From Octopus sinensis (lineage: Eukaryota), in contig NC_042998.1 in the NCBI RefSeq assembly GCF_006345805.1, positions 38,130,001 to 38,194,000 of the forward strand: DNA of 64,000 bases, in the 5' to 3' direction. The first letter of the stretch is position 1. Each line of letters begins with the position of its first letter. Positions 50,113-64,000 of this stretch are shown here, piece by piece. Below the pieces are notes generated by a model. The model searched no databases. It was given only the letters and a program-made list of their open reading frames with translations, and was not told the DNA's origin. The position numbers were made by a program, and so were the translations under genes.

Positions 50113-50504
50113 GAAATCTCTAATATAACTTAGATATCTTTCGGCCAAAAGTTGGCTCAGGCCACGTCTGAATTAATAATACCAATTTATAGGATCTGCT
50201 AAATTTTTTTTAAGACAGGTTTTGTGGCATCGTGGCCCTTTCAAGACTGAGATTCATCCAGTTATGGCATCATTTATAGAAATTTATCCAGGTTTCGTTT
50301 GAAGATGATGGGTTCTTATTCTTCTTTTGTTTTGCGATAATGCTGGAGCTGAACCTTTTGAGGAAACGAATTTTATGCATTGTGATCCTGAATTGTGTCG
50401 AGCGTGTATGATTGGCATCTCCAGCCTGGGATGAATTCTGCATCCAATGTCAATGTAGTCTGGCCAATGCTGGTGGTATAATTTCCCCATTGTACAAATG
50501 ATGT

Positions 50505-50775
50505 ATGTGGAGGCGCAATGGTCCAGTAGTTAGGGCAGCGGACTTGCGGTCGCAGGATCGCGGTTTCGATTCCCAGACCGGACGTTGTGAGTGTTTATTG
50601 AGTGAAAACACCTAAAGCTCCACGAGACTCCGGCAGGAGGTGGCGATCCCTGATGTACTCTTTCGCCACAACTTTCTCTCACTCTTTCTTCTGTTGGCCT
50701 GCCCGCTTTGAAGGCTAAAATGTTGTGACCAGCGATATTTAGCAACATCTGATAGCCTGGTCGGTCACGGTGACA
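50505..50775 (+). mobile_element. tRNA-derived SINE with intact A and B boxes
   Basis: tggtccagtagttag ... ggtttcgattcc, followed by non-tRNA body. Confidence 0.8.
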
Positions 50776-51624
50776 AATGATGTAGCGCTTATTGCGGCAC
50801 TGCAGAGAATAAGGATTCAATGTTTTAAGACAGTCCCAATAAATGTCAGTTAATTATGTTACACCTCTAACATGGATCATAAGCAGTAGAAGTATAACTG
50901 TTATTTGGATTCATACCTTCCTCACACCTTGTGAGCTTTGGTTACCTATGTTGAATATATTAAAGCACTGAACTACACTGTTAACCTTCTTATGTGGATA
51001 ATTCCACATATCTGACAGGTGTGTGGATTATCACTGCATTCGTTGGACGACCAACTGAAAGTATTAATCTTAAATAGCGATGGTTTTGTCATGTCTAGTA
51101 AAAAAATACACACGCATATATATAAATGTATACAGACATGCATACAGTTATGGTTTTAAGTGTATGTGTTGCGCGTGTACATTCAGGTAACTGTAAACCA
51201 AAATAAGGAGTTTCGTTTTAGAATGAAACTAATGCACACACATCTGGTTAACTTACGTCTTTATTGATTTTTAATCTGACATATATTTACTCTTGTACCA
51301 TTTCTAATATTGTCATCTTTTAAGTTTCTCTTATTTTATATTCTATTAATTTTCGTTATATAAAAGTGTAACAACACATACACATACGCATACACACACA
51401 CACACAAATAGATGGATAGATATATACATACACACATACATAAATACATACTAGCATATATATATATATATATATGCATACATACAAGCATACATACACA
51501 CATGCTTGCATGTGTGCACGTATGCATCCATCCATCCATCCATACATACATACATACATACATACATACATACATACATACATGCATCCATCCATACATA
51601 CATACATACATACATACATATGCA

Positions 51625-53640
51625 ACATTTCCCTTTTCAGCATCTTTGGCACATCTTTCCCTTTGTCATCCAGATGGATACTGTACCCTCTTGCAAGCAC
51701 TCATCTAGCTGTTGTGCCATCCTTTCATGGAGCCCTCTCAGCTTCTTCATCCAATATCCTTGGACCCGATCCGGTCCTGGCATCTTCCAATCTGGGAATT
51801 TTCTTAACTGCCTTTTTATCATTTCTGTAGTTATATTTATGTCTTCTTGGACTTATATATATTCAAACCTATCTTGCTGCAACTCCGCTTCATCATTATC
51901 CTCTACAGGTTGGTCCCAGATCCCTCGCCAGAATGCCCTGCTTTCCTCTGCATCTGGTATCATTGTTACTTATATTTGCTTATCTAGTTCCTGAAACAGT
52001 TTCTTCTGATTTGCTTCAAACAAACCGCTTTGCTTGAATTGTTTTTTTATTCCTATTGTCATATCTTTCTAGTTTTGTTTTGATTGCTTCCATTCTTTCT
52101 TTCAAGTCTTCCAATATCACATCATACGCTTTATTTCTTATTCCATAGGTTCTTTCCAGCTTTATTCTTATGCTTTCGTTCTGCAATTCCCTTCTACCCA
52201 ATCTATCAACTTGTCCTAAATGTCTTTTTAACTTTGTTTCTCACAAATTCCTCTACACCAGAACGGTTCTTTACGTTCTGTTTGTTCTTTCCTTTTGTAT
52301 CCAACTCTGTCTGCAGTCAAATAATCTTGTTAGTTTCAGCTACATTTCTCGTCTAGATATCCCAAGAACCGAATGTATCTTTTCGGTTTCGACCTCGAGC
52401 TTTCGTCGGATAGATATATCAGAGAAGACAAGGATTAAGTACCCCCGACCTGAGATTCAAATGAATCTCAGGTCGGGGTACGCTGCTCAACCACAAGCCA
52501 CCTGACGGGCGAAAGGCTTCGCCTTTGGTTCCAGTCTCATTAACACCATTATTTGATACATTTGTAGTAGACATTTTCCTTCAAAATATTTTAATATATT
52601 TTATTTTCTTTGTTTTTTTTCCTCTTTCTTTAATATCCTTGAGTCAAACCGAGGAAAGTCCCACAAATCTTACAAAATCTTACATTCCTGCGACTCTAGG
52701 TCTCTTTCGACTCTATGATTCTACCATGTGTTTCCAGCTTCAAATTCCCATTTCTAGCACAGTTTCTAGTGTAAAAACTTTTTAAACCTGTTCGTGACTC
52801 CATTTCTTATATTCTTCCTGTGACAACTTGGGACATTCTTCCACAGTGTGTGCCACTGCCTCGTTCCAAGTTCCATAGGCTCTACATTTCTCTGACACAT
52901 TCTCTCCATATATATTTTTTTCTCAAGTCGTATGCTTTTATCGCTTCATCTTGGGCTGCTCCTATTAGGCTCTTTGTTTCTCTTTTTTAATTGCCCCATT
53001 TTTAACCAAACCCAAGATTTTGTTCCACATATGTCTTCAGTGGCCCTCCAAAATTGGTCAAGCAGAGTTTTCTTTTCGATCTATCTGACGTACTCTCTTT
53101 GTATTTCACTCTTGTCATTTTCTCCGATTACACGCTTCATCACTTGTACTTTATTAACTGTCTTTAGTAGATTTTTCTTCGCTTCTCTGTAAATACTCTA
53201 CCTGACGTTTTCCTTCCACATGTACACATTTGTCAACTGCTATTCAGCCTCTTCCACCCTGGCCTCTCCTTAACTTCGGTTTTGGTTTCCCTATATCTTG
53301 TGATTCTAGCAGCTCTTAATAAACTTTCTTCACTATTACCGACATAAGAGTCTATATCTACTCTAGCTTACTCCACGCAGTCTTCTACAGACATTAGCTC
53401 TCTTACACCTTCTTTTCTAGGTAAGTATAATTTTGCTACTCCTGCTCTTGGATGAATTCCTCCATTCATACGGAATTCCTTTCTACTCCTTCTATCTAGC
53501 TTTGCTAATTCAGTATCTTTCGGTTTCCTCAGATGGCTTACATTAAAACAATTTTCTGTCATTGTTTTTGCGGACTTATAATTCCTGCTTCGTGATGGTT
53601 TCAGATTTGATCTATCTTCCCGGCAGCTCGCTGTCACACA
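51625..53640 (-). mobile_element. Dong/R4-clade composite: RT C-terminus/knuckle (53640-52600) placed before N-terminus to RT start (52560-51625)
   Basis: ELAKLDRRSRK..HPRAGVAKLYLPRKEG; WVWLKMGQLKKE..AAQDEA..ECPKLSQEEYKK; then MSTTNVSN... to KMPGPDRVQGYWMKKL. Confidence 0.85.
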
Positions 53641-53796
53641 TCTTCATTATTGCTATTATGATTATTATCGTAAGGGCGTTATATTTGTAGACTTGCAAGC
53701 GCATCACTTTATTACTTCGAGCTCTCTACATTCTGATTTGGCATAGAGCTGAGATGAGCCTTACATTTCATCCTTTCGCGGTCGCTACAATAAAGT

Positions 53797-53838
<42 letters not shown>

Positions 53839-53860
53839 ACAAGAATACACACAAACAGAC

Positions 53861-54030
53861 TCTTATGGAGTAACAAATACACAAATGTACACTCATACAC
53901 ACACATACACACATTCACACACATATACATACACACACACACACATAATCTTATGGAGTAACAAATACACAAATGTACACACATACAAACATATACATAC
54001 ACACACATATACATACACACATACACACAC

Positions 54031-54077
<47 letters not shown>

Positions 54078-54111
54078 TGGAGTCTTATGGAGTAACAAAT
54101 ACACAAATGTA
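53861..54111 (+). repeat. three copies of a 29-bp core tcttatggagtaacaaatacacaaatgta separated by CA/TA spacers
   Basis: Copies at 53861, 53949 and 54083. Confidence 0.95.
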
Positions 54112-54443
54112 TTTCTACACAAATCTTTTATCGTATCACACGCATGACGTCAGCCATATATTAACATTCAACTCAAACTCTTTTTGTTATTTTCTTTTTC
54201 AATTGTTAACTTCATTTCCTCTTCCGTTTCTCGTTAAGCTCCGTCTCTATTACGCATTCCTTCCTAATTACTTCTGTTTTAATGTTTGCTACTCATATCC
54301 CCGTAAAATATCGGGATTTTTTTTTTTCATTTTTCTCTTTCTTCATATCATTCTTTCACTCTGTTTCCACGACCTCCCTCCCTTTCTCACATATAAACAC
54401 ATCCACAATGATACACACAAATACACACACAGACACACACACA

Positions 54444-54503
<60 letters not shown>

Positions 54504-55414
54504 CACAGGTATTTGATAAACTGTCAACGATTTCTCTGCCCTCCGAAGTGTGAGCAGGCGATAACTATCAACACAAGAAACATTAATTCCTTTGATTCGC
54601 GAACGTTTACTTAAAAAAATAAACATTGCTTCCTTGTTACTTAACCGCTCCTCTAGCAATCACAGTGAAAGAACGGTAGCTGTCTAGAGTATCCTTCAGA
54701 CTCTTATCAGGCTTCTAAGCAGACATTAACCATCACAATTCCCTTCCTAAAAAAAGCCAATTGTTTCACATTCAGCTACAAAACACTGTTTTCTGTTCGA
54801 TGGTACATTTATCCGGGAAACACTTCAACACGTACTTATGGGATAATAATCAAGTGATTTTATTTCGTTCAGTACCTTACCATTATATGGTATGTTTGCT
54901 CTCCATTGTTTTTCTTTCAAATCACATTATAGACCAGAAAATAATATGATAAAACTAGCCCAATTCACAAGTCTGTCTTATTAACTTCTTGAGAAGATAT
55001 AATTGTGATAGACTAGACGGGTACTAAGAGTGTTTGCCAAGACAATTCAGAAATATTTGTGTGGCCATTTAAAGAATTTATACTACAGAAGTTCCACAAG
55101 TTCAAAAAAGAATTTAAGCGTATTATTGTGAAATCACATGATTTATAGAATGGCCCATTGCTATCAATTAAATGGAGTCTGCCATAAATGCTGAATTATA
55201 AATTTATGAATGAAAAAGCACGCAGCTAAAATGCAACCTATAACTATTGACCCATTCGTCTGTAAACTAGAACTATAACTCGAGAATATTATAATGATGT
55301 TTATGGCAAGACAGATGTCAAATACAACAGCGCGTTCTACGACACGTAAATCTACCTACTCGAAAAAATCGAGAGATTCATCATTAAAACTTTATCTAAA
55401 GTTTTTGTTCACAG

Positions 55415-55590
55415 CTGATGCAAGAAACTGATTCAATTAGTAGTGGTTGATACCGTCTTCTGTGGAAATTCTCATAGAAAAGTCAACGATCCCTTCATCG
55501 GGAAAAAAATTCTCTCGTGGCAGATGATAGTGAATTACAAATTGGATACTGCAGTATTGAAAGAATATTCTACACGCATCGGCATCAAAG
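55415..55590 (+). pseudogene. candidate exon with 5' frameshift: KLIQLVVVDTVFCGNSHRKVNDPFIGKKILSWQMIVNYKLDTAVLKEYSTRIGIK
   Basis: Acceptor gtttttgttcacag|; 55+ open codons; weak donor. Confidence 0.35.
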
Positions 55591-55722
55591 GTGGAATAAG
55601 AAAATATGGTTCTTTGATGTACGACACATAAGTCAAGCGATGTATGACAACGTTAAATATCACTACCTCTAATCAGATAATATAGTTGAAGAGAAGGGGA
55701 TAAAATCTAAGTACAAATAACT

Positions 55723-55786
<64 letters not shown>

Positions 55787-56053
55787 AATGGATGTTAGAT
55801 CAAAGACAATAAGAATGAAAGAAATTAACAAGAAATAAAGAATGAAATCTCATAACACGTTAACAATTTTCTAAAAAGAACGAAATAATGTGTATAAGAG
55901 CATTTTATGGGGTCCGATAAAGTTATGTTTGAAGTTGTCTGCAAAAAAAAAGTAGATAGAAATCGAAGAGCAAGTGCTACCTTCTCCTCAGCATCCTGAA
56001 AATACAAATATGTTTAAAAAATTCACTATCATAAAACATAGGTCATGACAAAT

Positions 56054-56093
<40 letters not shown>

Positions 56094-56160
56094 GTATACA
56101 CGTACACATACACTCACATCCACACATGTGTATGTATATTGTACATATATATATGTATAG

Positions 56161-56209
<49 letters not shown>

Positions 56210-56902
56210 AACATACATACTTATATATGTTGGGTGGGAGTATGTTAGTGTGGGGCATTGTTTATTGTATTATTGTGCAATCATTTTCATGCGTATGTTC
56301 CGCCTCTATAATAATTTCCCTTTGTTAAAAAAAAACGAAGAAATAGTATGTAGTGCAATAAGTTACCGAAACTTGTTTAGCATTATTTTTTCTTTCTATA
56401 AATAAATCCTAGAGATCGCAATAATAAGTGTTAGTGCTTTTGAGATGTCTTTTTTTTTATTTCGTGTTTTGGTGTTTCGGTTTATCAATGTTTAAGTCAT
56501 CACGTGGTTCGTTATACTACTGCGCCATCTTCAATGGCGTTTGTTTAGTTTCGTTGATCCAGTTCTTGAGATGGTTGTGCTAACATACGTAAAGATGGAC
56601 TCCTTATAATGTGATGCAATGCAACACAGCCTATGACATATTTCAAAACCTGGCACATACAAATATTTCAAAACCTGGACTGACGAAATTCCTTAATCTT
56701 TCAAAATTATTGAAATTGTGAGGTTTTGAAGGCCGAACTCCCACAATTCAAAGACATGATATGTGATGGGCTTTGGAAATCTTATTTATAGATTCTCGTT
56801 TACTATGTTTCTTTACTGGTTTACTATGGTTTATTATTTGTTTTCATTTTTTACTGTCTATTTGATTACATCTGAATAGAAAACGTTTTCTAAATTTTTC
56901 AG

Positions 56903-58586
56903 CTAAGGAATAAAATCTAGCTCAGTGATTGGAAAGTGCAAGTCTAATGTACTTCAAATCAGGATTTCAGGAGTATTAGCAAAATAGTTGTATTTCTCGG
57001 ACTAAACTTATTAATCTTAGAAAGTATTAATTTCGCTGATGGAATGTAATTGAAAGCCATTCCGGGTTGTTGTAGAAGAAAATAATTGAAAGTTTTATTC
57101 TCGAGTAGAAAGAATTCCGGTGAAATAGCAGTAAAGTTTTCTTATTGTTTCAAAGAGCATGAAGAGTATGTAGATTTCAGGTCTTTAAGGAATGAATAAC
57201 AATTGCTTGCAATTCTTTTATGCCTTCCACGCCCAGTTACAACAGTTCAGCATTGCTAAAGTACAGCATTTGGTAGTAACTTGCTTCTGAATATAGTTGC
57301 ATCTGTTTAAAGTGACCCGATGACTGTTGCAGTGCAGCATTTGTGATTAGTTACAAACCATCGCGTGTGTTATGAACACACATCTTTTAAATGGAAGATA
57401 TGTTCTTTAATGTCAAAGACAAAAATAAACGACAGCAATCAAATGTTCAAGTTGAAATCTGGAAGAACATTCTGGAAGTGAAGACATGTATCATTACTTC
57501 GTGCCCTGCTGTTGTGCGTGCATCCCACGACTTACTTTCTGTCTGACAGACGTCAATACACATCAGCAAATAATTTATTTAATGATTCCTATAAACAGGA
57601 ACCTGTACGTTCATAAGTCCGGTGAGGTAACATTGCACGATGAAAGCCATGAAACCCGTGAAGTATAAACACACATCGTATAAAGGGAGGAGTTGTTCTC
57701 CGATGATGAAAAACAACAGTCAAACATTCCGCTTCGAATCTGCCAGAAGCTATTAAGGACAGAAGGATACGTTTCTGTTTGTATTCTCGATCTTTTGCGT
57801 TCGCCACGTGAATTATTTATTTGACTCCTTTTACACTGTATATTTCCTGAACGTCGTCAATACGATTCAATCAGTCTACCATCACAATAACCTATACGCT
57901 TCTCACATCTAGCATATTTCTGGAAACTGGTTTTCCAGATATTGGATTAAAATATAAACTTCTCCGAATGTCCATGTTCCGAACTTATCATTTGGGTTCA
58001 ATAGATTCGAAGTACGCAGGACCTATCAGTAAATTAATTATATTTTCCCAGTCTTTATTAAAAAGTGTTTATACGAGTTTTAGTTGAATACAAACAATAT
58101 TAGTTTACTGCTGGCTTTACTTTGTCAGTATCTATCTCATCTTATAACATAGATATCAATAATCAAGTTACTTAAAAATCAATATTTAATTTTGGCACCG
58201 ACAAGACAAAAATTCTAAATATATCTGGATGATTGGGTTCAGTTATTAATCAATACTGATGTTACCAAATTTCTTTGGTTATGATGTTCACGGGCTATCT
58301 CTCCAATGAAATCGTGGTTTCTGATAGCCCTTTCAATAATATTATCCTCATAAACAAGCAGCGACGTTTTTAAAAGACCATTCTTGTCAATGCCACACCC
58401 TTTCTTATTCTAATACGCCACACACATTCGATATTCACTTCTGAATATGAAATTTATACGGGTTTTGCTTTTATGTTCCCCGTTCAAATTAATCTGATAA
58501 ACATACTGATTAAATGTAGTTCTTGAATCCAAAATATTATTTTAATTCAAGTTTGGAGATATTTACGGAGGTCATATATACATTAA
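56903..58586 (+). pseudogene. RNF213: heavily decayed terminal exon(s) of the RNF213-like gene (E3 core end and C-terminal domain)
   Basis: Six collinear RNF213-like motifs at 57076-57120, 57221-57278, 57340-57365, 57445-57530, 57897-57933 and 58477-58497; many stops, including a TAG at a conserved Trp position and TGA/TAA consistent with C>T decay. Confidence 0.65.
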
Positions 58587-58644
58587 TTTCATATAGATTA
58601 GTTGTGACCATATATGTGTCTCAATATATTTCAATAAGCTAAGA

Positions 58645-58860
58645 CGGCCGAGCTGGTAGAATAGTTAGCACCTCGGGCAAAATGATTAGCGGCATTTCGT
58701 CCGTCTTTACGTTCTGAGTTCAAATACCGCTGAGATCAGTTTTGCCTTTCATCCTTTCGGGGTAGATAAAATAGGTACCACGAGAACACTGGGGCTGCTG
58801 TAATCGACATACTTCCTCCTCATAATTGCTGGTCATGTGCCGAAATTTGAGATCAATGTA
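58645..58860 (+). mobile_element. SINE (ggcggcgag family)
   Basis: Homologous to 29458-29640. Confidence 0.85.
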
Positions 58861-60019
58861 TTTCAATGAACTAACCAATTCTCTCTATTATGTATGAAAG
58901 AGATTTATGCAACTTCATGAACACAAGATCTTCAATCACTTCTCGTTTCTAAACGCAATTAAAAAATAAACAAACATCCATTTTTCTGGGTCTTAATCAG
59001 TGTCTCCTAAATACATCATTCTGTATGTATATGACGTATTGAAATAAGCTCCAGCTTTGCTATACTCACGATGTTCGCCTTCATTTTAGAGTTAAATGCT
59101 TCCTTTTGATAATATTTAGAGAATAATGACAATTGCAAAGCTAAATGCAACAGAAACGTTAATGTGCATTCCTTGTATTTATGATTATCGATGCGCACAG
59201 CTAAATTTCTTCCAGCGTTTTATTTCATTTCTCATAACTGCTACTATTAATCTTCCACTCCATGATTCTCTCCCTTCTTTCTTCGACCTCTCTTTATTTC
59301 GTTCCTTTCTTCAACTTTCTTACTTTCTAATTTGTTATTTCTGTCTGACTCCTCATTTAGTTTCATGTTTGGCAATTATTACTTCGGATGAAGTCATAAC
59401 TTTCTCTATTAACTTTTTCATTTATCGATCACTTTACTATTCTTTAGTATCTGTTAAAGGACATCGTGTCAGCATTTAATCAGAAACCAATAATGTTTCG
59501 CTTAATTTAATTTCATCTCAAGTAGACATAAGTTTCCATTCATTACGTCTTATTCACGAGCCCTTTTTTTCTCTACCATTGTGTTTCCTTCGTGTTTTTG
59601 GTCTCGTCCCCACTCTATAATTGTCTCAGAAGCTCTGTTCAACGACAATAGCAGAATTGCCCACCAAACTTCGTTTCATTGGCGACATCATTTTTATGTT
59701 CTGCTTTTACATGATTATAGCATTTCTGCACGTTTTTCACACCCTATAAACAGCGGAAGTGAGGTAGAATGTTAAAACGTATTGCGCATGCACAGCAGAG
59801 TACGAGATCAATCTGTGTCAAGCTGCTTCACTCAGCGTGCTTTAGCTTCGTTACTATGGCAACAGTCAGGATACTTATTGATCAACTCCGTCTACCACAG
59901 TAATAATGGTCTTCCATATTAAAGGATATTTAGTGAGAGTTGGTCCTAAACGACAAGGCCAGTATGATTCCTCCGGTATGCGGCTGTATGTGAAAATACC
60001 TGTGAAGGCACGATGCTTA

Positions 60020-60330
60020 ATGTTTAGCGTATTCGGCTCGTGATTGTAAGGTCGGAAGTTCGGCACCCGGCACAGTGTTGTGTCTATGAGCTTCATGTTG
60101 CTTCATATTGCTTCGGTCAACTCAGCTTGTAAAAACGAATAAAACCTGTATTTGAAAGGGCCCGCTTTTTACCATTCTGTGTCAGGCTGCATCTCCCTGA
60201 GGACTGCGTTTGGAGTACGCCTGACTGTGGGGTGCTCAGCCACTTCCCCGTAAATTTTACGGGCAGACTGTTTCGTTGAGCGAATCAACTAGAACCCTCG
60301 TCGCTGTAATCGATGGATGGAGTGCCTGTG
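60020..60330 (+). mobile_element. diverged tRNA-derived SINE
   Basis: Homologous to 39765-40040. Confidence 0.65.
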
Positions 60331-60776
60331 TGAATGAGCATGCATTTATTACCAAAGACATCTTCCTTCATCACAAAGACCATAAATAACATTGCCTCTA
60401 GTCTTTGCATTTAATCTATTGATAGTGGATTAAACAGGTGAAAGGACGTTTCTACACCTGTAGGAAACATGTAAACGAATAGTTTCGCTTTCCAGTAGAT
60501 GTCGCTGGAGAAACAAAGGGAGAAAGAGGGAGAGAGAGAGGAACAGATTTAGAAATAGAGCATCACCTGTGGTGGCCCTGTATAGCCATTCTGCTCTTTT
60601 ATCATACACAGGAATGATATTAGGATGAACTTTATGCAACACGCTCACACAGGCCTGCAAGTATGTACACACTTACGTATATGTGAATGGTAATAGTATC
60701 AAATCAAAACGGTTCTTCAACTAACGCCATTGCCGACCTCATCGAAAAAGCACTAATGTAGCTATATATATATATT

Positions 60777-60832
<56 letters not shown>

Positions 60833-60992
60833 GTTTCAAATCCCAAATAAATAAGACTGATATATTCCAATAAAGAAAAAGGAGAATATACATTCTCTAC
60901 ACGGTTGTAAACGTTGTTAACAAACACATTATTTTAATGTGTGTGGGTATATGTGTGTACATACATACAGATATATATGTGTGTGTATATGT

Positions 60993-61026
<34 letters not shown>

Positions 61027-61433
61027 CTATATATATATATATACATGTATAAATATATATAATGTATGTATATGAGTGCATATATACATAGATATATATT
61101 TATATACACAGACATATCTATATATGTGTGAGTGTGTGTGTGTGTGTAAATATATGCATGTATATATTATATAAGTATGTATGTATATATGAGAAACAGA
61201 GCTAGAGGAAAGCAAACATACAGACAGGCGAAGAGGTAACGTAAAAAAAATCCCCTTATAGCATCAGAAAACGTACAGACATAAATGGTGTTTACAAGCT
61301 TTGTTACGTCCCTAAATGGAAATTTCGTGAGAGAATTTTCTTTTCTTTTTTTATTTTATGTATCTTAATGCATTTCCTTCTATTTGAAAATGAAATACAC
61401 TGATGATGCTCTGCCTATTTAGATCTTAGTTTT

Positions 61434-61434
<1 letters not shown>

Positions 61435-61503
<69 letters not shown>

Positions 61504-61575
61504 CCTCTCTCTCTCTCCCTCTCTCTCTCTCCTTCTTCCTCTCTCTCTCCCTCTCTCTCTCTCTCTCCCTCTCTC
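61435..61575. repeat. (CT)n tract
   Basis: Direct reading. Confidence 0.9.
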
Positions 61576-62283
61576 GCATTCTGTCTTTACTCTTCTATCA
61601 TATTTTTATGTGTGTATTTATATCTAAATATATAATATACGTTTATAGGAGTGTATATAGTGAATGTAGAAATGTATATATATATATATATATACATATG
61701 TAATATGCATTATATATATATTGGCAATCATTTTATTGAAGTCGAGGTGAAATGGTCCAGCACTTAGAAATATTCTGCTATAAATGTACAGGGAAAGAGG
61801 TTTATGTATAATGAGATGAGGAGGTAGACACTAAATCGGAAGTTTCTTTAATATTATCACAATGAACGTCCATATTCTCTTCGTATTCAGTGAGTTGCGA
61901 CGGAAGAGTGATCCAGTGTATGTATAGAAGTTTCCTCACATAATCTTCGATTACTTGTACGCAGTACTGCAATAAATAATAGGAAAAGGGTTCGTTAAAA
62001 ATTCTTGCCCAATGACGGACATAATGATAAAAATTGATAATGCCAGCATTTAACAAAAACCAGCAAAGAACACCGACAACGACAGCAGCAACAATAATAT
62101 GTTAAAACAAATTGAGAAAGATGTAGGCAGAATATACCTAGCCTCCACGCAAGAAGGACATGGTCTGAAACAGAGAAGCAAATATACAGACAGACGAAGT
62201 AACGTAAAAAAAAATCCCCTTATAGGATATTATTATTATTATTGTTATTCTTCTTAACTCAGGTTTTATTGGAACTCCTGGAG

Positions 62284-62327
<44 letters not shown>

Positions 62328-62332
<5 letters not shown>

Positions 62333-62548
62333 TAGTTTTATTTTTATATTGTGCTTTCATTTCACTACCGAGCGCAGCTCTGTGTGCCTTGGGTATGTGC
62401 TGTGATTTGTTTTGATGCTCTGATGGTTATTGTATGGAAAGTGTTCTGCGTAGGATGTGTGCAGTGCCTAGTAGTGCAATTTTCTGTATGTTATATGTGT
62501 TTGTAAGTCCTGGTGTTTTTGTTATGTATTTGTCTGAATATTTTTTTA
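62328..62548 (-). mobile_element. about 220-bp 3' derivative of Dong lineage A
   Basis: Same two endpoints as 17576-17790; sits in (TAA)n. Confidence 0.9.
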
Positions 62549-62601
62549 TCATTATTATATAATGATTATATTTTTATTATATTTTATCATTATTATATAA
62601 T

Positions 62602-62631
<30 letters not shown>

Positions 62632-62632
<1 letters not shown>

Positions 62633-62870
62633 ACTGTTCAACATTTGGTCGATTGAGGCAAGTTTCTACTGCATCACCTGCTACACCTCCGTGTTGCTGG
62701 TGTGTGTGTGCAGCGTTGTGTGGTCTTTTCTGCTGTTGGGAGGGTGCGAACTCTTCCCACTACTGTACGTGGTAACTTCTTTTCCTTGAGGTGTGGTGGA
62801 GTCTTTTGTTGTGTTACTGCTTATGTTGTGTATTGAGTGTATAACGCTTTGGTTTTTTGGCTTTATCATC
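62632..62870 (-). mobile_element. diverged 3' UTR of Dong lineage C
   Basis: tttctactgcatcacctgctacacctc.gtgttgctgg shared with 63040-63078. Confidence 0.75.
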
Positions 62871-62891
62871 ATCATCATCATCATCATCATC

Positions 62892-63385
<494 letters not shown>

Positions 63386-64000
63386 AATGGGTAGTGCTGA
63401 AGATTCAAGCATAGCTTTTGCGTTTTTGTCCATTTGATTTTTATCATGCCCAATGCTCCAATTATTACTGGTTTGTTTTCACCTTCATCTTGCATACTTC
63501 AATTTCGACGTCAATTATTATAGAACTAATTCCATCCCCTACCAACACCCTACACCTGGTTTATTCCACCCACATCCTCTCTCCAAAATTATTGATCTTC
63601 TGAATCTATTTTTCATCAATCAAAATTATCCCATTTTCTTTCAATTCTCTTCACTCATACATCCTTTCTCTCTCTCCCCTGTCTTTTACATATCCTTCTC
63701 TTCTTTTCTGATTTCTTCCTCTCTCTCCCGTCTCTTTTTCTCCCGTCTCTTTTTCTCTCCGTTCCCTTTGTATACATATTTATCCTCCTAATTTAGTAGT
63801 CAAGCTTCTGCTCTAAACACCTACATTGAATATGTTTTCATCAACAACTTCATATTTTTCAAATGCTTTAAGTGAGGAAGGTTTACATAACGGATACATT
63901 TCCTTTTATGTATTAAGCAATCATGAAACGTACGTATTAAATTATTTCAAAAGTTACTATTTAGTTTGACTTCAAGTAAGTACGATGAAAGATTTGTATG

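Noticed and set aside
50509-50580. tRNA gene
   Set aside because: A and B boxes are present, but there is no closed acceptor stem and it continues into a SINE body; the same applies to the other SINE heads.
53861-54111. CRISPR-like repeat-spacer array
   Set aside because: Eukaryotic context, spacers are microsatellites of unequal length, the repeat is not palindromic and there are no cas genes.
57589-58530. Long minus-strand protein-like frames (e.g. ORF 57589-57807; NKKGCGIDKNGLLK...) suggesting a viral relic
   Set aside because: Better explained as antisense shadows of the + strand RNF213-like frame, which carries the recognisable motifs.

Overview
Eukaryotic, AT-rich and very repeat-dense DNA, most likely octopus/cephalopod. 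This is judged from the tRNA-headed SINE families and the dense (TA)n, (CA)n, (CATA)n and (TAA)n arrays. No intact protein-coding gene, rRNA, true tRNA or CRISPR array is supported, and most ORFs in the track are microsatellite or antisense artefacts. Hidden between the repeats is a run of splice-site-bounded, protein-like segments on the + strand from about 2.2 kb to 58.6 kb. The 3' segments match the order and motifs of the C-terminal E3 part of RNF213/mysterin (RZ finger, E3 core, C-terminal domain) as I recall the human protein from memory; no database search was run. Most segments carry stops or frameshifts, so this is probably a decaying RNF213-like pseudogene with one fully intact 130-codon exon. 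The introns hold many mobile elements: at least four lineages of Dong/R4-type REL retroelements (three stacked in TAA microsatellites, one abutting CATA arrays), CR1 and RTE LINEs, a Penelope GIY-YIG element, three Tc1/mariner-type remnants, a probable Helitron end and many SINEs. There are also several minimal hammerhead-ribozyme-like motifs (one with a U3:A8 core covariation) and three long near-perfect palindromes, two of which pivot at a hammerhead GAAAC junction.
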